Source: Tannockella kyphosi (GTDB lineage: Bacteria > Bacillota_I > Bacilli_A > Erysipelotrichales > Coprobacillaceae). Taken from it: a stretch of DNA of 32,000 bases. The stretch covers positions 1,890,001-1,922,000 of the forward strand of contig NZ_CP088239.1 in NCBI RefSeq assembly GCF_021054785.1. The letters are read 5' to 3'. Positions 17,073 through 25,955 of this stretch are shown piece after piece. The first letter of the stretch is position 1. The number at the start of each line of letters is the position of its first letter. The translations under genes and the position numbers were made by a program. The notes under the pieces were generated by a model. The model saw only the letters and a list, made by a program, of their open reading frames with translations, searched no databases and was not told the DNA's origin.

Positions 17073-17837
17073 TTAGTCATAATACTTTTTAAATGTTTTC
17101 CATTTTTCCACATCATGTGGAAAAAGCATTGTATAACCATCTTTTTGTGCCTTTTGTAGACGAGCTAATGATTCCATAGCTGCTGTTTCATTCCAACAAA
17201 GCGAAAACTTTGTTTCTCCTTGTAAAGTAGCAAAATCATTACATGCATCTGCAGTCAATACAATACGTCCGTGTTTTTTAGTATTCAACACAAGACTTTG
17301 ATGTCCTGGCGTATGTCCTGGTGTAAACCAAACAACAACAGATCCATCACCAAATAAATCATAACAATCATCCTCTATCCCTTTTAAAAACTTCCAATTC
17401 ACTGCTTTATCAAAATCCTTAGCAATATAAAGTTGGTTAATAGGATATGGATAATTTTCATCATGTGCCGCTTGCCATTCACTCTCTTGGACTATATATG
17501 TTGCATTAGGGAAAAATCCAATACCACCACTGTGATCTAAATGGAGATGACTTTGAATAACATACTTAATATCTTCCACTTTCAGTCCAAGATTATCTAA
17601 TGCATTGACTACCAATTCATTTTCTGTCATATCAACTTCAGAGATACTAGCAATTGTTGGACCCCAATATTCCGTTAAATTATCCATGCATTCAGGTGGC
17701 ATTCCCGTATCAAAAAGTATCTTTCCATCTTTATGTTCTATTAAATAAAATGCAACTGGTGTTTTACCAGCACCTAGTTTTAATCCCCCAGCATATATAT
17801 TATGAAGACGGACATAACCTTTTTCAAGACTACTCAT
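17073..17837 (-). CDS. Metallo-beta-lactamase-fold hydrolase, AiiA-like (N-acyl-homoserine-lactonase family)
   Basis: 254 aa with zinc motif HLHLDHSGG (HxHxDH) followed by TPGHTPGHQSL, TADA (Asp) and a late His (FPHD). Size and motif order match the AiiA-type lactonases. It lies 11 nt upstream of the SDR gene. Confidence 0.8.
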   Translation of the reverse strand: MSSLEKGYVRLHNIYAGGLKLGAGKTPVAFYLIEHKDGKILFDTGMPPECMDNLTEYWGPTIASISEVDMTENELVVNALDNLGLKVEDIKYVIQSHLHLDHSGGIGFFPNATYIVQESEWQAAHDENYPYPINQLYIAKDFDKAVNWKFLKGIEDDCYDLFGDGSVVVWFTPGHTPGHQSLVLNTKKHGRIVLTADACNDFATLQGETKFSLCWNETAAMESLARLQKAQKDGYTMLFPHDVEKWKTFKKYYD

Positions 17838-17897
17838 AGTTTCTTCACTTCCTTTCTTTAGTTATTACATCAAAACAGCTAATAATAGTACATTATC

Positions 17898-17926
17898 TTG
17901 ACGAATTTTATTAGATATGTTAAAAA
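17898..17926 (+). promoter_or_regulatory. Candidate tetR promoter
   Basis: TTGACG (17898-17903), 17 nt, TAAAAA (17921-17926). The -10 abuts and overlaps the palindromic operator. Confidence 0.4.
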
Positions 17927-17945
17927 TGTAACAAACGTTACATTT
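17924..17945. promoter_or_regulatory. Perfect inverted repeat, probable TetR operator
   Basis: AAATGTAAC-aaac-GTTACATTT (9-4-9, no mismatch) lies in the 180-bp divergent intergenic region between the lactonase-like gene and tetR. A related half-site TGTTACA occurs near 17994-18000. Confidence 0.6.
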
Positions 17946-18017
17946 ATTATAATTTATTAAAAAACAGAAAGGAAGATACATAATCATTGATTTTGTTACA
18001 CTTGAAGGAACTAAAAT

Positions 18018-18527
18018 ATGAAACAATCAGATAGAAGTAAACAATGGATTGCAGATGCACTACTCCTACTAATAAAAGACAATCCTTATCATCGAATTTC
18101 AATTACCGACATAACAACAAAAGCAGGAGTATCAAGACTTACATTTTATAGAAATTTTGAAAACAAAGAAGATATTCTTCAATTTCATTTTGACCGTGTA
18201 TTTTCTGAATATATTTCATCTTTTCAAACATATGAAATAGATTTAGAACAAGCTTTATGCCAATGTTTTAATTTTTGGGGGAATTTAAATTCTGATATCA
18301 AAGTATATTTAAAAAATGATCTTCATATACTCATGTATCGACCTTTTGGAAAGTATGTAAACTATGTTTTATCAAAAGGAAAGTATAAAGATTTCTTTAC
18401 TCCTACTCAACAAACATTTATTGTTGGTGGACTCTTTTCTTCGATGTTATCTTATGTAGAAAACGAATCCAAGCAAACCCCAGAACAGGCAACAAAAGCA
18501 GTATTAGAAATACTAAAACACAAATAA
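18018..18527 (+). CDS. TetR/AcrR-family transcriptional regulator
   Basis: 169 aa with an N-terminal HTH (ISITDITTKAGVSRLTFYRNFENKEDIL) and SD GAAGGAA. It is divergent from the hydrolase-SDR pair. Confidence 0.9.
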   Translation: MKQSDRSKQWIADALLLLIKDNPYHRISITDITTKAGVSRLTFYRNFENKEDILQFHFDRVFSEYISSFQTYEIDLEQALCQCFNFWGNLNSDIKVYLKNDLHILMYRPFGKYVNYVLSKGKYKDFFTPTQQTFIVGGLFSSMLSYVENESKQTPEQATKAVLEILKHK

Positions 18528-18535
18528 CAATAAAG

Positions 18536-18568
18536 AAAAGGAAGAAATTAATTTCTTCCTTTTTATTT
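18536..18568. terminator. Bidirectional terminator between tetR and the GGDEF-EAL gene
   Basis: Perfect 28-nt palindrome AAAAGGAAGAAATT/AATTTCTTCCTTTT (18536-18563) with A/T runs on both sides. It overlaps the TAA of the minus-strand gene. Confidence 0.75.
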
Positions 18569-20383
18569 ATAATATTCTTTTTCAAAGGCTGCTAGAGGTA
18601 TTGGTCTAGAAAATAAGAATCCTTGGGCAGTATAACAATTGATTTCTTTTAAGAAATCAACTTGTTGCACTGATTCTACTCCTTCAAATATAATATCAAA
18701 CCCTAATTCCCTAATCATTGTTACAATATTTTTAATAATAACTTTATTCTTTTGAACATCTTTATCTACTAAAAGATCATCAATAAAGCTTTTATCTAAT
18801 TTAATAGTATCTACTACTAAATCTTTTAATAAATTTAAAGAAGAATATTCTGTTCCAAAATCATCGATTGAAACCATGATTCCATGATCACGTAACTCTT
18901 TAATAAAATTAGTAATAATATCTTTATCATCCATAAAAACACTTTCTGTTACTTCTAATTCAATCAAGTTACATGGTACTTGGTACTTCTCTAATAGTTT
19001 TAAAAAACGATTACAGAACGTTGTATCTTTCATATGTCCTCTAGATACATTCATAGAAATAGGTACTAATTGATGTCCTTTTTGTAATAGTTGTTGCATA
19101 AAAGTTAATGTTGCCTCGTAAATAGCAAAATCCATTCTTGTAATAAAACCATTTTTTTCAAACAAGCCAATAAACTCGATTGGAGAAATCATACTATCTC
19201 CTATCTTCCATCTTGCTAGTGCTTCAGCCCCACATATTTGGTTTGTACGAATATCAAACTTTGGTTGTAAAAATGGGATAAATTCATGATGTTCTAGTGC
19301 ATAAGCTGCTCTATTTTCTAGTTGTTTTTCTCTAGCATTTAAGCTTTCTAAATCTTGATCATAGATTGTACATGTATTATCATACGTTCCTTTTGATGAA
19401 GTTCTAGCAATATTTGCTTTATCCATCAATAAATCAATATTCTTTTCTACCCCTATTTTATAAATACCACCAATCACTGTAATCTTAACATCACAAAACT
19501 TTTCTTGTTGCATTTGTTTAAACTGAACATTCACACTATCAATTTTATCTTCTAATTCTTGTTGTGTTTCATATCGAATCATTGCCACAAACTTATCATC
19601 TTCAACACGACAACAACATTCCTTATCACCAATATTCTTTTGAATCACATGAGCTAATGACTTCAATATATCATCCCCTGTTTCTCGAGACCAAATATCA
19701 TTAATATATTTAAATTTATCAATATCTAAATAAATAATAGCGTACTTATCTTCTAATTCTAATAACTTCCTTGCTTCTTTTTTAAATTCTCGAAGTACTG
19801 GTAATCCTGTTAATTTATCAAAAATACTTTTATTTTCTTCTTCTTTTAGTTGTTTTTTTGTTTCAAAGTTTTCTACCTTTGTAGCCATTATTAATAAAAG
19901 AGCTTTCGTTTCTTCAATTTCTTGCACTGTTAAATATTTAGATCCTTCATAACGTTCAAATACAAAAAAACCTAATACACCTGCATCTTGTCCTTTTACA
20001 AAAGAGATACAAGCTTCACTTATTTCTTTATCTAAATGAGGAATATATCCTAAAGATTCTAATTTACTTTGGTATAAAGAGAAATTAGTAGTATGAATAA
20101 AAGTATCTTCTTCAAAATCAACTAACACCTCTTCCTTATGTTGATAATAAGATTTTGTGAAATCAACATTTTGTTCTTTTTCAACTGTTTTTGGTTCTTT
20201 TTGGTAGCCACATACAAACAAAGGAATACAAAATAATTCTGCATCTAATCGAATAAAAGAAGTAGCTAAATCATATTGATACGTTTGACATATTTTATTT
20301 TGTCCCACTAATATAGCTTGGGGAACAGATTCTTGCGCTATCATTTCTGTAGTGATTGATAATACTTTATTTGTATCTGACAT
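18563..20383 (-). CDS. Cytoplasmic signalling protein: unassigned N-terminal domain, degenerate GGDEF domain, intact EAL domain (predicted c-di-GMP phosphodiesterase)
   Basis: The GGDEF domain is recognisable (DKLTGLPVL, DIDKFKYINDIWSRETGDD), but the signature reads RVEDDKF instead of RxGGDEF, and no RxxD I-site is seen. EAL motifs are all present: GAEALARW, NVS, ELEVTES, DDFGTEYSS, KLDKSF, EGVES, QGFLFSRP. No TM segments. Confidence 0.88.
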   Translation of the reverse strand: MSDTNKVLSITTEMIAQESVPQAILVGQNKICQTYQYDLATSFIRLDAELFCIPLFVCGYQKEPKTVEKEQNVDFTKSYYQHKEEVLVDFEEDTFIHTTNFSLYQSKLESLGYIPHLDKEISEACISFVKGQDAGVLGFFVFERYEGSKYLTVQEIEETKALLLIMATKVENFETKKQLKEEENKSIFDKLTGLPVLREFKKEARKLLELEDKYAIIYLDIDKFKYINDIWSRETGDDILKSLAHVIQKNIGDKECCCRVEDDKFVAMIRYETQQELEDKIDSVNVQFKQMQQEKFCDVKITVIGGIYKIGVEKNIDLLMDKANIARTSSKGTYDNTCTIYDQDLESLNAREKQLENRAAYALEHHEFIPFLQPKFDIRTNQICGAEALARWKIGDSMISPIEFIGLFEKNGFITRMDFAIYEATLTFMQQLLQKGHQLVPISMNVSRGHMKDTTFCNRFLKLLEKYQVPCNLIELEVTESVFMDDKDIITNFIKELRDHGIMVSIDDFGTEYSSLNLLKDLVVDTIKLDKSFIDDLLVDKDVQKNKVIIKNIVTMIRELGFDIIFEGVESVQQVDFLKEINCYTAQGFLFSRPIPLAAFEKEYYK

Positions 20384-20413
20384 ATTTTTCTCCTTTTAAA
20401 ACCTATATTATTT

Positions 20414-20442
20414 ATACTATCACTTTATTTTCATTTTATCAA
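20414..20442 (-). promoter_or_regulatory. Promoter of the GGDEF-EAL gene (extended -10)
   Basis: Minus strand TTGATA (20442-20437), 17 nt ending in TGa, TAGTAT (20419-20414). Confidence 0.5.
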
Positions 20443-20456
20443 TCCATTTAAAAAGT

Positions 20457-20483
20457 ATAAAAAAAGAATCCCGAAGGATTCTT
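20457..20483 (-). terminator. Intrinsic terminator after gap
   Basis: Minus strand AAGAAUCC-UUCG-GGAUUCUU (UUCG tetraloop) followed by UUUUUUAUAC. Confidence 0.85.
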
Positions 20484-20489
20484 ATTTTA

Positions 20490-21506
20490 CTATTTGCTTA
20501 ATTCAGCGAAATATTTAATAGTTCTAACCATGTTAGAAGTATATGAATTTTCGTTATCATACCAAGAAACTACTTGAACTTGAGAAGTTCCGTTTTCTAA
20601 AGTTGTAACTAAAGTTTGAGTTGCATCGAATAATGAACCATAAGTGATTCCAACGATGTCAGAAGATACTAATTCTTCTTCAGTGTAACCAAATGAATCA
20701 GTTGCAGCAGCTTTCATTGCAGCATTGATAGCATCTACAGTTACAGCACCTTCAACAACAGCATTTAAGATTGTAGTTGAACCAGTAGGTACAGGTACAC
20801 GTTGTGCAGCTCCGATTAATTTTCCGTTTAATTCTGGGATAACTAAACCGATTGCTTTTGCAGCACCAGTTGAGTTAGGTACGATATTACATGCAGCAGC
20901 TCTTGCTCTTCTTAAATCACCTTTTGCATGTGGTCCGTCTAATACCATTTGATCTCCAGTGTAAGCATGGATTGTAGCCATGATACCTGAATGAATTGGA
21001 GCTAAATCATTTAATGCTTTAGCCATAGGTGCTAAACAGTTAGTTGTACATGAAGCTGCAGAGATGATTACATCATCAGCTGATAAAATTTCTTCATTTA
21101 CACCAAATACTACAGTTGGTAAGTCATTTCCAGCAGGTGCTGAAATAACAACTTTTTTAGCTCCAGCATCAATATGTGCTTGAGATTTTGCTTTTGATAC
21201 ATAGAATCCAGTACATTCTAATACTACATCTACTTCTAAATCTCCCCAAGGTAAATCTTTTGCATCTCTTTCAGCATAGATTTTAATTTCTTTTCCATCT
21301 ACAGTGATAGTATCTCCATCAACTGATACTTTATCAGCTAATGCATATCTACCTTGTGCTGAATCATATTTTAATAAATGTGCTAACATTTTAGGAGCTG
21401 TTAAATCGTTGATTGCAACAACTTCATATCCTTCTGCACCAAACATTTGTCTGAACGCTAAACGTCCAATACGACCAAAACCGTTAATCGCTACTTTTAC
21501 TGCCAT
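20490..21506 (-). CDS. gap: Type I glyceraldehyde-3-phosphate dehydrogenase
   Basis: 338 aa with [11 protein letters not shown] motif and catalytic SCTTNC. Codon choice is strongly biased, consistent with high expression. Confidence 0.98.
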   Translation of the reverse strand: MAVKVAINGFGRIGRLAFRQMFGAEGYEVVAINDLTAPKMLAHLLKYDSAQGRYALADKVSVDGDTITVDGKEIKIYAERDAKDLPWGDLEVDVVLECTGFYVSKAKSQAHIDAGAKKVVISAPAGNDLPTVVFGVNEEILSADDVIISAASCTTNCLAPMAKALNDLAPIHSGIMATIHAYTGDQMVLDGPHAKGDLRRARAAACNIVPNSTGAAKAIGLVIPELNGKLIGAAQRVPVPTGSTTILNAVVEGAVTVDAINAAMKAAATDSFGYTEEELVSSDIVGITYGSLFDATQTLVTTLENGTSQVQVVSWYDNENSYTSNMVRTIKYFAELSK

Positions 21507-21548
21507 CGTTAATTCCTCCTTGAATTAGTAATTTTATTTTACAAAGAC

Positions 21549-21577
21549 ATTATATTTTAATTAGGAAATAAAAGCAA
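21549..21577 (-). promoter_or_regulatory. gap promoter
   Basis: Minus strand TTGCTT (21577-21572), 17 nt, TATAAT (21554-21549). SD AAGGAGGAA lies before the ATG. Confidence 0.65.
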
Positions 21578-21704
21578 CCATGAAACTGCTTTCATTGATA
21601 ATTATTTTTCTTTTCAATGTAGAAAAAACTCTTTTATAATATGTTTTTAGGGATAATGAATAATTTCGGCTTTCTTTTCTATACTTAGTCATGGAGGTAA
21701 AAGA

Positions 21705-22301
21705 ATGCAAGTAATACCAACTGTCATTGAAAAGACATCAAAAAGAGAATACGCTTACGATATTTATTCTCGTTTATTAGAAGAAAGAATTATTTTATTA
21801 ACTGGTCCTATTGAAGATAATATGGCTAGTAGCATTATTGCACAACTACTATATTTAGAATCTGTTGATCCAACAAGTGAGATTTGTATGTATATTAACT
21901 CACCAGGAGGTAATATACATTCAGGGATGGCTATTTACGATACAATGAATTATATTCGTTGTGATGTTGTTACGATTTGTACTGGGATGGCTGCAAGCAT
22001 GGCCGCATTCTTGTTAAGTGCTGGCAAGCAAGGCAAAAGAATGAGTTTACCTAATAGTGAGATTATGATTCATCAACCATTAGGAGCATATGAAGGACAA
22101 GCTAGTGATATTGAAATTAGTGCTAATCGTATTATGAAACAGAAACAAAAACTAACTGCTATTTTAGCTAAAAACTGTCATCAAGAAAGAACCAAGGTTG
22201 CAACTGATACAGATAGGGATTATTTTATGGATCCTAATGAAGCATTAGAATATGGTATTATTGATGAAATTATTGAAAAAGAAAACTACACGAAAGTGTA
22301 G
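21705..22301 (+). CDS. clpP: ATP-dependent Clp protease proteolytic subunit
   Basis: 198 aa with catalytic Ser in GMAASMAAF, His in MIHQPLG and Asp in [15 protein letters not shown]. Confidence 0.97.
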   Translation: MQVIPTVIEKTSKREYAYDIYSRLLEERIILLTGPIEDNMASSIIAQLLYLESVDPTSEICMYINSPGGNIHSGMAIYDTMNYIRCDVVTICTGMAASMAAFLLSAGKQGKRMSLPNSEIMIHQPLGAYEGQASDIEISANRIMKQKQKLTAILAKNCHQERTKVATDTDRDYFMDPNEALEYGIIDEIIEKENYTKV

Positions 22302-22308
22302 TCTTTTT
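22276..22308. terminator. Bidirectional terminator shared by convergent clpP and rpoE
   Basis: ACTACAC-GAAA-GTGTAGT (22285-22302), followed by CTTTTT on the plus strand and by TTTCTTTTT on the minus strand. The hairpin contains the clpP TAG. Confidence 0.75.
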
Positions 22309-22344
22309 GATTTAACTATTTTATTGTTGTATTAAAATCTAAGA

Positions 22345-22671
22345 TTATTCGTCTTCGAAATCATTTGCAATTAATTCTGGTTCTTCAATTTCTACGTCTA
22401 CTTCTTCCTCTTCTGCATAAATATCATTCATATCGATATGTACTGCAGCAAAGTTATGACGACTACGTAAATCCCATTGATTTTCACCAACAGTAATAAA
22501 ACGTCCATCTAAAGTAATATTTGTATAAAATAAAGAAATTTTTTCATCATGTTCTTCTGGAGTAAAACCTTTGATTTCTGTAATTTCAGTAAATAATTTT
22601 TGGAATGCCATTGGTTTTTTCTTTGCAGACATTAATTCAAATGCTACATCTACCATTGATTTGTTATTCAT
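22345..22671 (-). CDS. rpoE: DNA-directed RNA polymerase delta subunit
   Basis: 108 aa. It has an N-terminal HARE-HTH-like domain (MVDVAFELM..KPM.F..L) and an acidic C-terminal tail (EEEEVDVEIEEPELIANDFEDE). It is Firmicutes/Mollicutes-specific. Confidence 0.85.
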   Translation of the reverse strand: MNNKSMVDVAFELMSAKKKPMAFQKLFTEITEIKGFTPEEHDEKISLFYTNITLDGRFITVGENQWDLRSRHNFAAVHIDMNDIYAEEEEVDVEIEEPELIANDFEDE

Positions 22672-22682
22672 TTTCTTTCCTC

Positions 22683-24344
22683 CTACATTTTTTCAGGTGC
22701 ACTTACACCAATTAAGTTTAACGCATTTTTTAAAGTAATACGTGTTGCTTCTACTAAAGCTAAACGTTGACTACTTAATGCTAGATTATCTTTATCAATT
22801 ACATAACATTCATTATAGAAGCTATGGAATAATTGAGCAATCTTTTGAATATAATTAGCTATTTTATGAGGAGCACGAATAATGGCACTATCAATAATTT
22901 CATTTCTAAATTCATTAATATGTTTCACTAATTCGATTTCTTTATCATTCACTAATAACTCATAGCTTGTTGCCATTGTTACATTCGCTAATTCTGCCTG
23001 TTTTAAAATAGAACACATTCTTGCATGCGCATATTGTGCATAGTAAACAGGATTTTCGTTTGATTTTGATTTGGCTAAACCAATATCGAAATCAAATGGT
23101 GTATTTGCTGCTTTTGATGCAAAGAAGTAACGTGTTGCATCTGCTCCTATATCATCCATTAGGTCTTTAATAGTAACAGCGTTTCCTGTACGTTTTGACA
23201 TCTTTACAGGTTCACCATTTTCTACCATACGAACCATTTGAATAATATCAATATTTAATTGATCTGCATTATATCCCATTGCTTGGATAGAAGCCTTCAT
23301 ACGATTGATATAACCATGATGATCTGCCCCTAATAAATCTACTAAATATTCATATCCTCGATCTAACTTATTTAAATGATAAGAAATATCTGGTGTTAAA
23401 TAAGTATAACTTCCATCACCTTTAATTAATACACGATCTTTATCATCACCAAATTCAGTTGATTTAAACCATAAAGCTCCATCTAGTTCATAAGTATATC
23501 CAGCATCTTTTAGCTTTTCTATTGTTGGAACTACTCTATTTTCTGTATATAATGATGTTTCAGAAAACCATACATCATGATGGACACCAAACTCATGTAA
23601 GATATCTTTTATTTTTTCTAATTCATAATAAATACCTCTTTCTCTAAAGAAAACCAATGCTTCTTTTTCATCAGAATTTACATATTTATCAAAAACTTCT
23701 TCTTTTAATTTTTCTGCTATTTCAATAATATCTTTACCAGCATAACCATCTTCTGGTAATTCTTTTTCAATACCAAATAATTCTAAATAACGACAATATA
23801 ATGAAATTGCTAGATTATTAATTTGATTACCAGCATCATTAATATAATACTCTGCAGTTACATCATATCCTGCCGCTTTCATAATACGTACAATACTATC
23901 TCCTACTGCCGCACCTTTTGCATGTCCTAAGTGTAAATCCCCTGTTGGATTTGCACTTACATATTCAATATTATATTTTATACCCTTACCATAATTTGTC
24001 ATTCCATAATTTTCTTGTTCTAAAATAACATCATTAATAATAGAAGTCATTGCTGTTTTACTAACAAAAAAATTAATAAATCCAGGTCCTGCTATTTCTA
24101 CTTTTTCAATACTTGCACTTTCTTTATCTAAAGAATTAATAATTTCATTCGCAATTTCTCTAGGATTACGTTTTAATAATTTTGTCATTTGCATTGCAAT
24201 ATTCGAAGAATAATCCCCATGACTAGTGTCCTTAGGTATTTCTATTACAATATTATTATTATCATATTCTTCTACAAAGCCGCATGTAACTACCGCATTA
24301 TTTAAAGCGTCTTTAAGAGCTTGCTCCATTTTATTAACTGACAT
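22683..24344 (-). CDS. argS: Arginine--tRNA ligase
   Basis: Class I motifs: HIGH-type ANPTGDLHLGH and KMSKRTG. The true start is the ATG at 24344 (MSVNKMEQ), after AGGAGGA. The ORF-track extension to 24389 lacks an SD. Confidence 0.96.
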   Translation of the reverse strand: MSVNKMEQALKDALNNAVVTCGFVEEYDNNNIVIEIPKDTSHGDYSSNIAMQMTKLLKRNPREIANEIINSLDKESASIEKVEIAGPGFINFFVSKTAMTSIINDVILEQENYGMTNYGKGIKYNIEYVSANPTGDLHLGHAKGAAVGDSIVRIMKAAGYDVTAEYYINDAGNQINNLAISLYCRYLELFGIEKELPEDGYAGKDIIEIAEKLKEEVFDKYVNSDEKEALVFFRERGIYYELEKIKDILHEFGVHHDVWFSETSLYTENRVVPTIEKLKDAGYTYELDGALWFKSTEFGDDKDRVLIKGDGSYTYLTPDISYHLNKLDRGYEYLVDLLGADHHGYINRMKASIQAMGYNADQLNIDIIQMVRMVENGEPVKMSKRTGNAVTIKDLMDDIGADATRYFFASKAANTPFDFDIGLAKSKSNENPVYYAQYAHARMCSILKQAELANVTMATSYELLVNDKEIELVKHINEFRNEIIDSAIIRAPHKIANYIQKIAQLFHSFYNECYVIDKDNLALSSQRLALVEATRITLKNALNLIGVSAPEKM

Positions 24345-24434
24345 TTCCGTCCTCCTATACTCTTTTATCCATACCTTATAAACTATCAAAATCCCTCGTA
24401 TAAGTCAATCTTTTTTTTAGATGTCCTACGCTCC

Positions 24435-25955
24435 TTACATCAATGGTGCCAATACTCGTAAGACTGCCTCAAATAGTCCATAAAATCTACCTTTTACAAC
24501 ATCTTCTTTTTTTATTTCTTTTCCTTTAGAAATTGTCTCAAAAAAATCATTTCTAACATCAATAACAGAAGGTGTTCGATACATATAAACCCCACATTCA
24601 AAATGTAAAAACAAACTACGATAATCCATATTCACTGTGCCTACGGTTGCAACATTATCATCACAAACATAAGTCTTGGAATGTAAAAATCCTGGCGTAT
24701 ATTCATAAATACGAACACCATTATCTATCAATCTTCCATAATAAGAACGTGTTACACGAAAGACTGTCTTTTTATCAGGAATACCCGGTGTACAAATACG
24801 GACATCCACTCCTCTTTTACTCGCTAATACTAATGCTGTATGAATTTGTTCATTAATAATTAAATAAGGAGTACATATATATAAATAAGAACATGCATGA
24901 TTAATCATATTCAAATAGACATCTTGACCTACTGGATTTTCATCTAATGGAGAATCACCATAAGGTACTACTACACCTGGTTGTAATTCTTTGTTGTTAT
25001 CATAATTTTTAGGATGATATTTTTGGAAATCTTCTTTTGTATTTTTAGAAGCATTCCATGTTTGTAAAAACATAACTGTTAAATTCCAAGTAGCTTGTCC
25101 TTCTAAACGAAGACCAGTGTCTTTCCAATGACCAAATCGTTCTTCTTTATTAATATATTCATCTGCAATATTAATTCCTCCAGTATAAGCTATTGTTCCA
25201 TCAATCACTGTTATTTTACGATGATCACGATTATTCATTACAAAAGATACCAATGGTACAAAACGATTAAAAGCAATACATTGAATCCCATAAGATTCTA
25301 ATACTTCATAATATTTATGATCCAATGTCATTAAACATCCCATGTCATCATATAAAAAACGTACTTCCACACCTTCTTGTACCTTTTGTCTTAAAACAGC
25401 TAAAATACTTTCTAACATTTCTCCTTCTTTTACAATAAAATATTCCATAAAAATAAAATGCTTTGCTTTCTTTAAATCCTCTAACAAAGCATCATAATTA
25501 TCTTCACCTAAAGAATAATATGTTGTTTTTGTATTTGAATAACTAGGAAATTGTTCATTCAATAAATATTGTAATTGTGTCTTAATAGAACGATATTCTA
25601 CTAAATGAAATACTTCCTCTTGTTGTTCTTGAAGATATTCAACAACTGGTTGTTGATCATAACATTCTCTTAATTTCTTAGATGGTTTCTTATTACCAAA
25701 CACTAAATACATCATCCCACCTAAAACAGGCATTAATAATATCAATAAAATCCAGATCATCTTATATCCTGCTTCTACATTTTTATTAATAATATATAAT
25801 ACTGCTAACACACTCAGTATTTTTGCAATAAGATTAATTAAATAAAAACTATCAGCAGCCCCTATCCAAAACATTACAAATAAAAATAATTGTACAATAA
25901 TTGCAAAAGACCATAAGAAAATCCTATTATGCAAATAACCTATTAACTTCATCAT
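24435..25955 (-). CDS. cls: Cardiolipin synthase (PLD superfamily)
   Basis: Two N-terminal TM helices and two HKD motifs (HRKITVIDG... and HSKTYVCDD...). The start, after GGAGG, lies inside the 3' end of the DUF1934 gene. Confidence 0.93.
   Translation of the reverse strand: MMKLIGYLHNRIFLWSFAIIVQLFLFVMFWIGAADSFYLINLIAKILSVLAVLYIINKNVEAGYKMIWILLILLMPVLGGMMYLVFGNKKPSKKLRECYDQQPVVEYLQEQQEEVFHLVEYRSIKTQLQYLLNEQFPSYSNTKTTYYSLGEDNYDALLEDLKKAKHFIFMEYFIVKEGEMLESILAVLRQKVQEGVEVRFLYDDMGCLMTLDHKYYEVLESYGIQCIAFNRFVPLVSFVMNNRDHRKITVIDGTIAYTGGINIADEYINKEERFGHWKDTGLRLEGQATWNLTVMFLQTWNASKNTKEDFQKYHPKNYDNNKELQPGVVVPYGDSPLDENPVGQDVYLNMINHACSYLYICTPYLIINEQIHTALVLASKRGVDVRICTPGIPDKKTVFRVTRSYYGRLIDNGVRIYEYTPGFLHSKTYVCDDNVATVGTVNMDYRSLFLHFECGVYMYRTPSVIDVRNDFFETISKGKEIKKEDVVKGRFYGLFEAVLRVLAPLM

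Noticed and set aside
20725-21528. Two antisense ORFs (75 and 74 aa) inside gap.
   Set aside because: They are an artefact of the biased codon usage of a highly expressed gene, which makes stop codons rare on the opposite strand. No start context is present.
21580-21639. 19-codon hydrophobic mini-ORF (MKLLSLIIIFLFNVEKTLL) in the gap-clpP intergenic region.
   Set aside because: The nearest purine-rich stretch (AGGAAA) is about 13 nt from the ATG. The ORF overlaps the gap promoter region on the opposite strand. Nothing distinguishes it from chance.
21600-21704. Looked for a CtsR operator (tandem GGTCAAA-type repeat) upstream of clpP.
   Set aside because: No such direct repeat is present. Only a plausible TATAAT at about 21625-21630 with a poor -35 was found, so no regulatory call was made.
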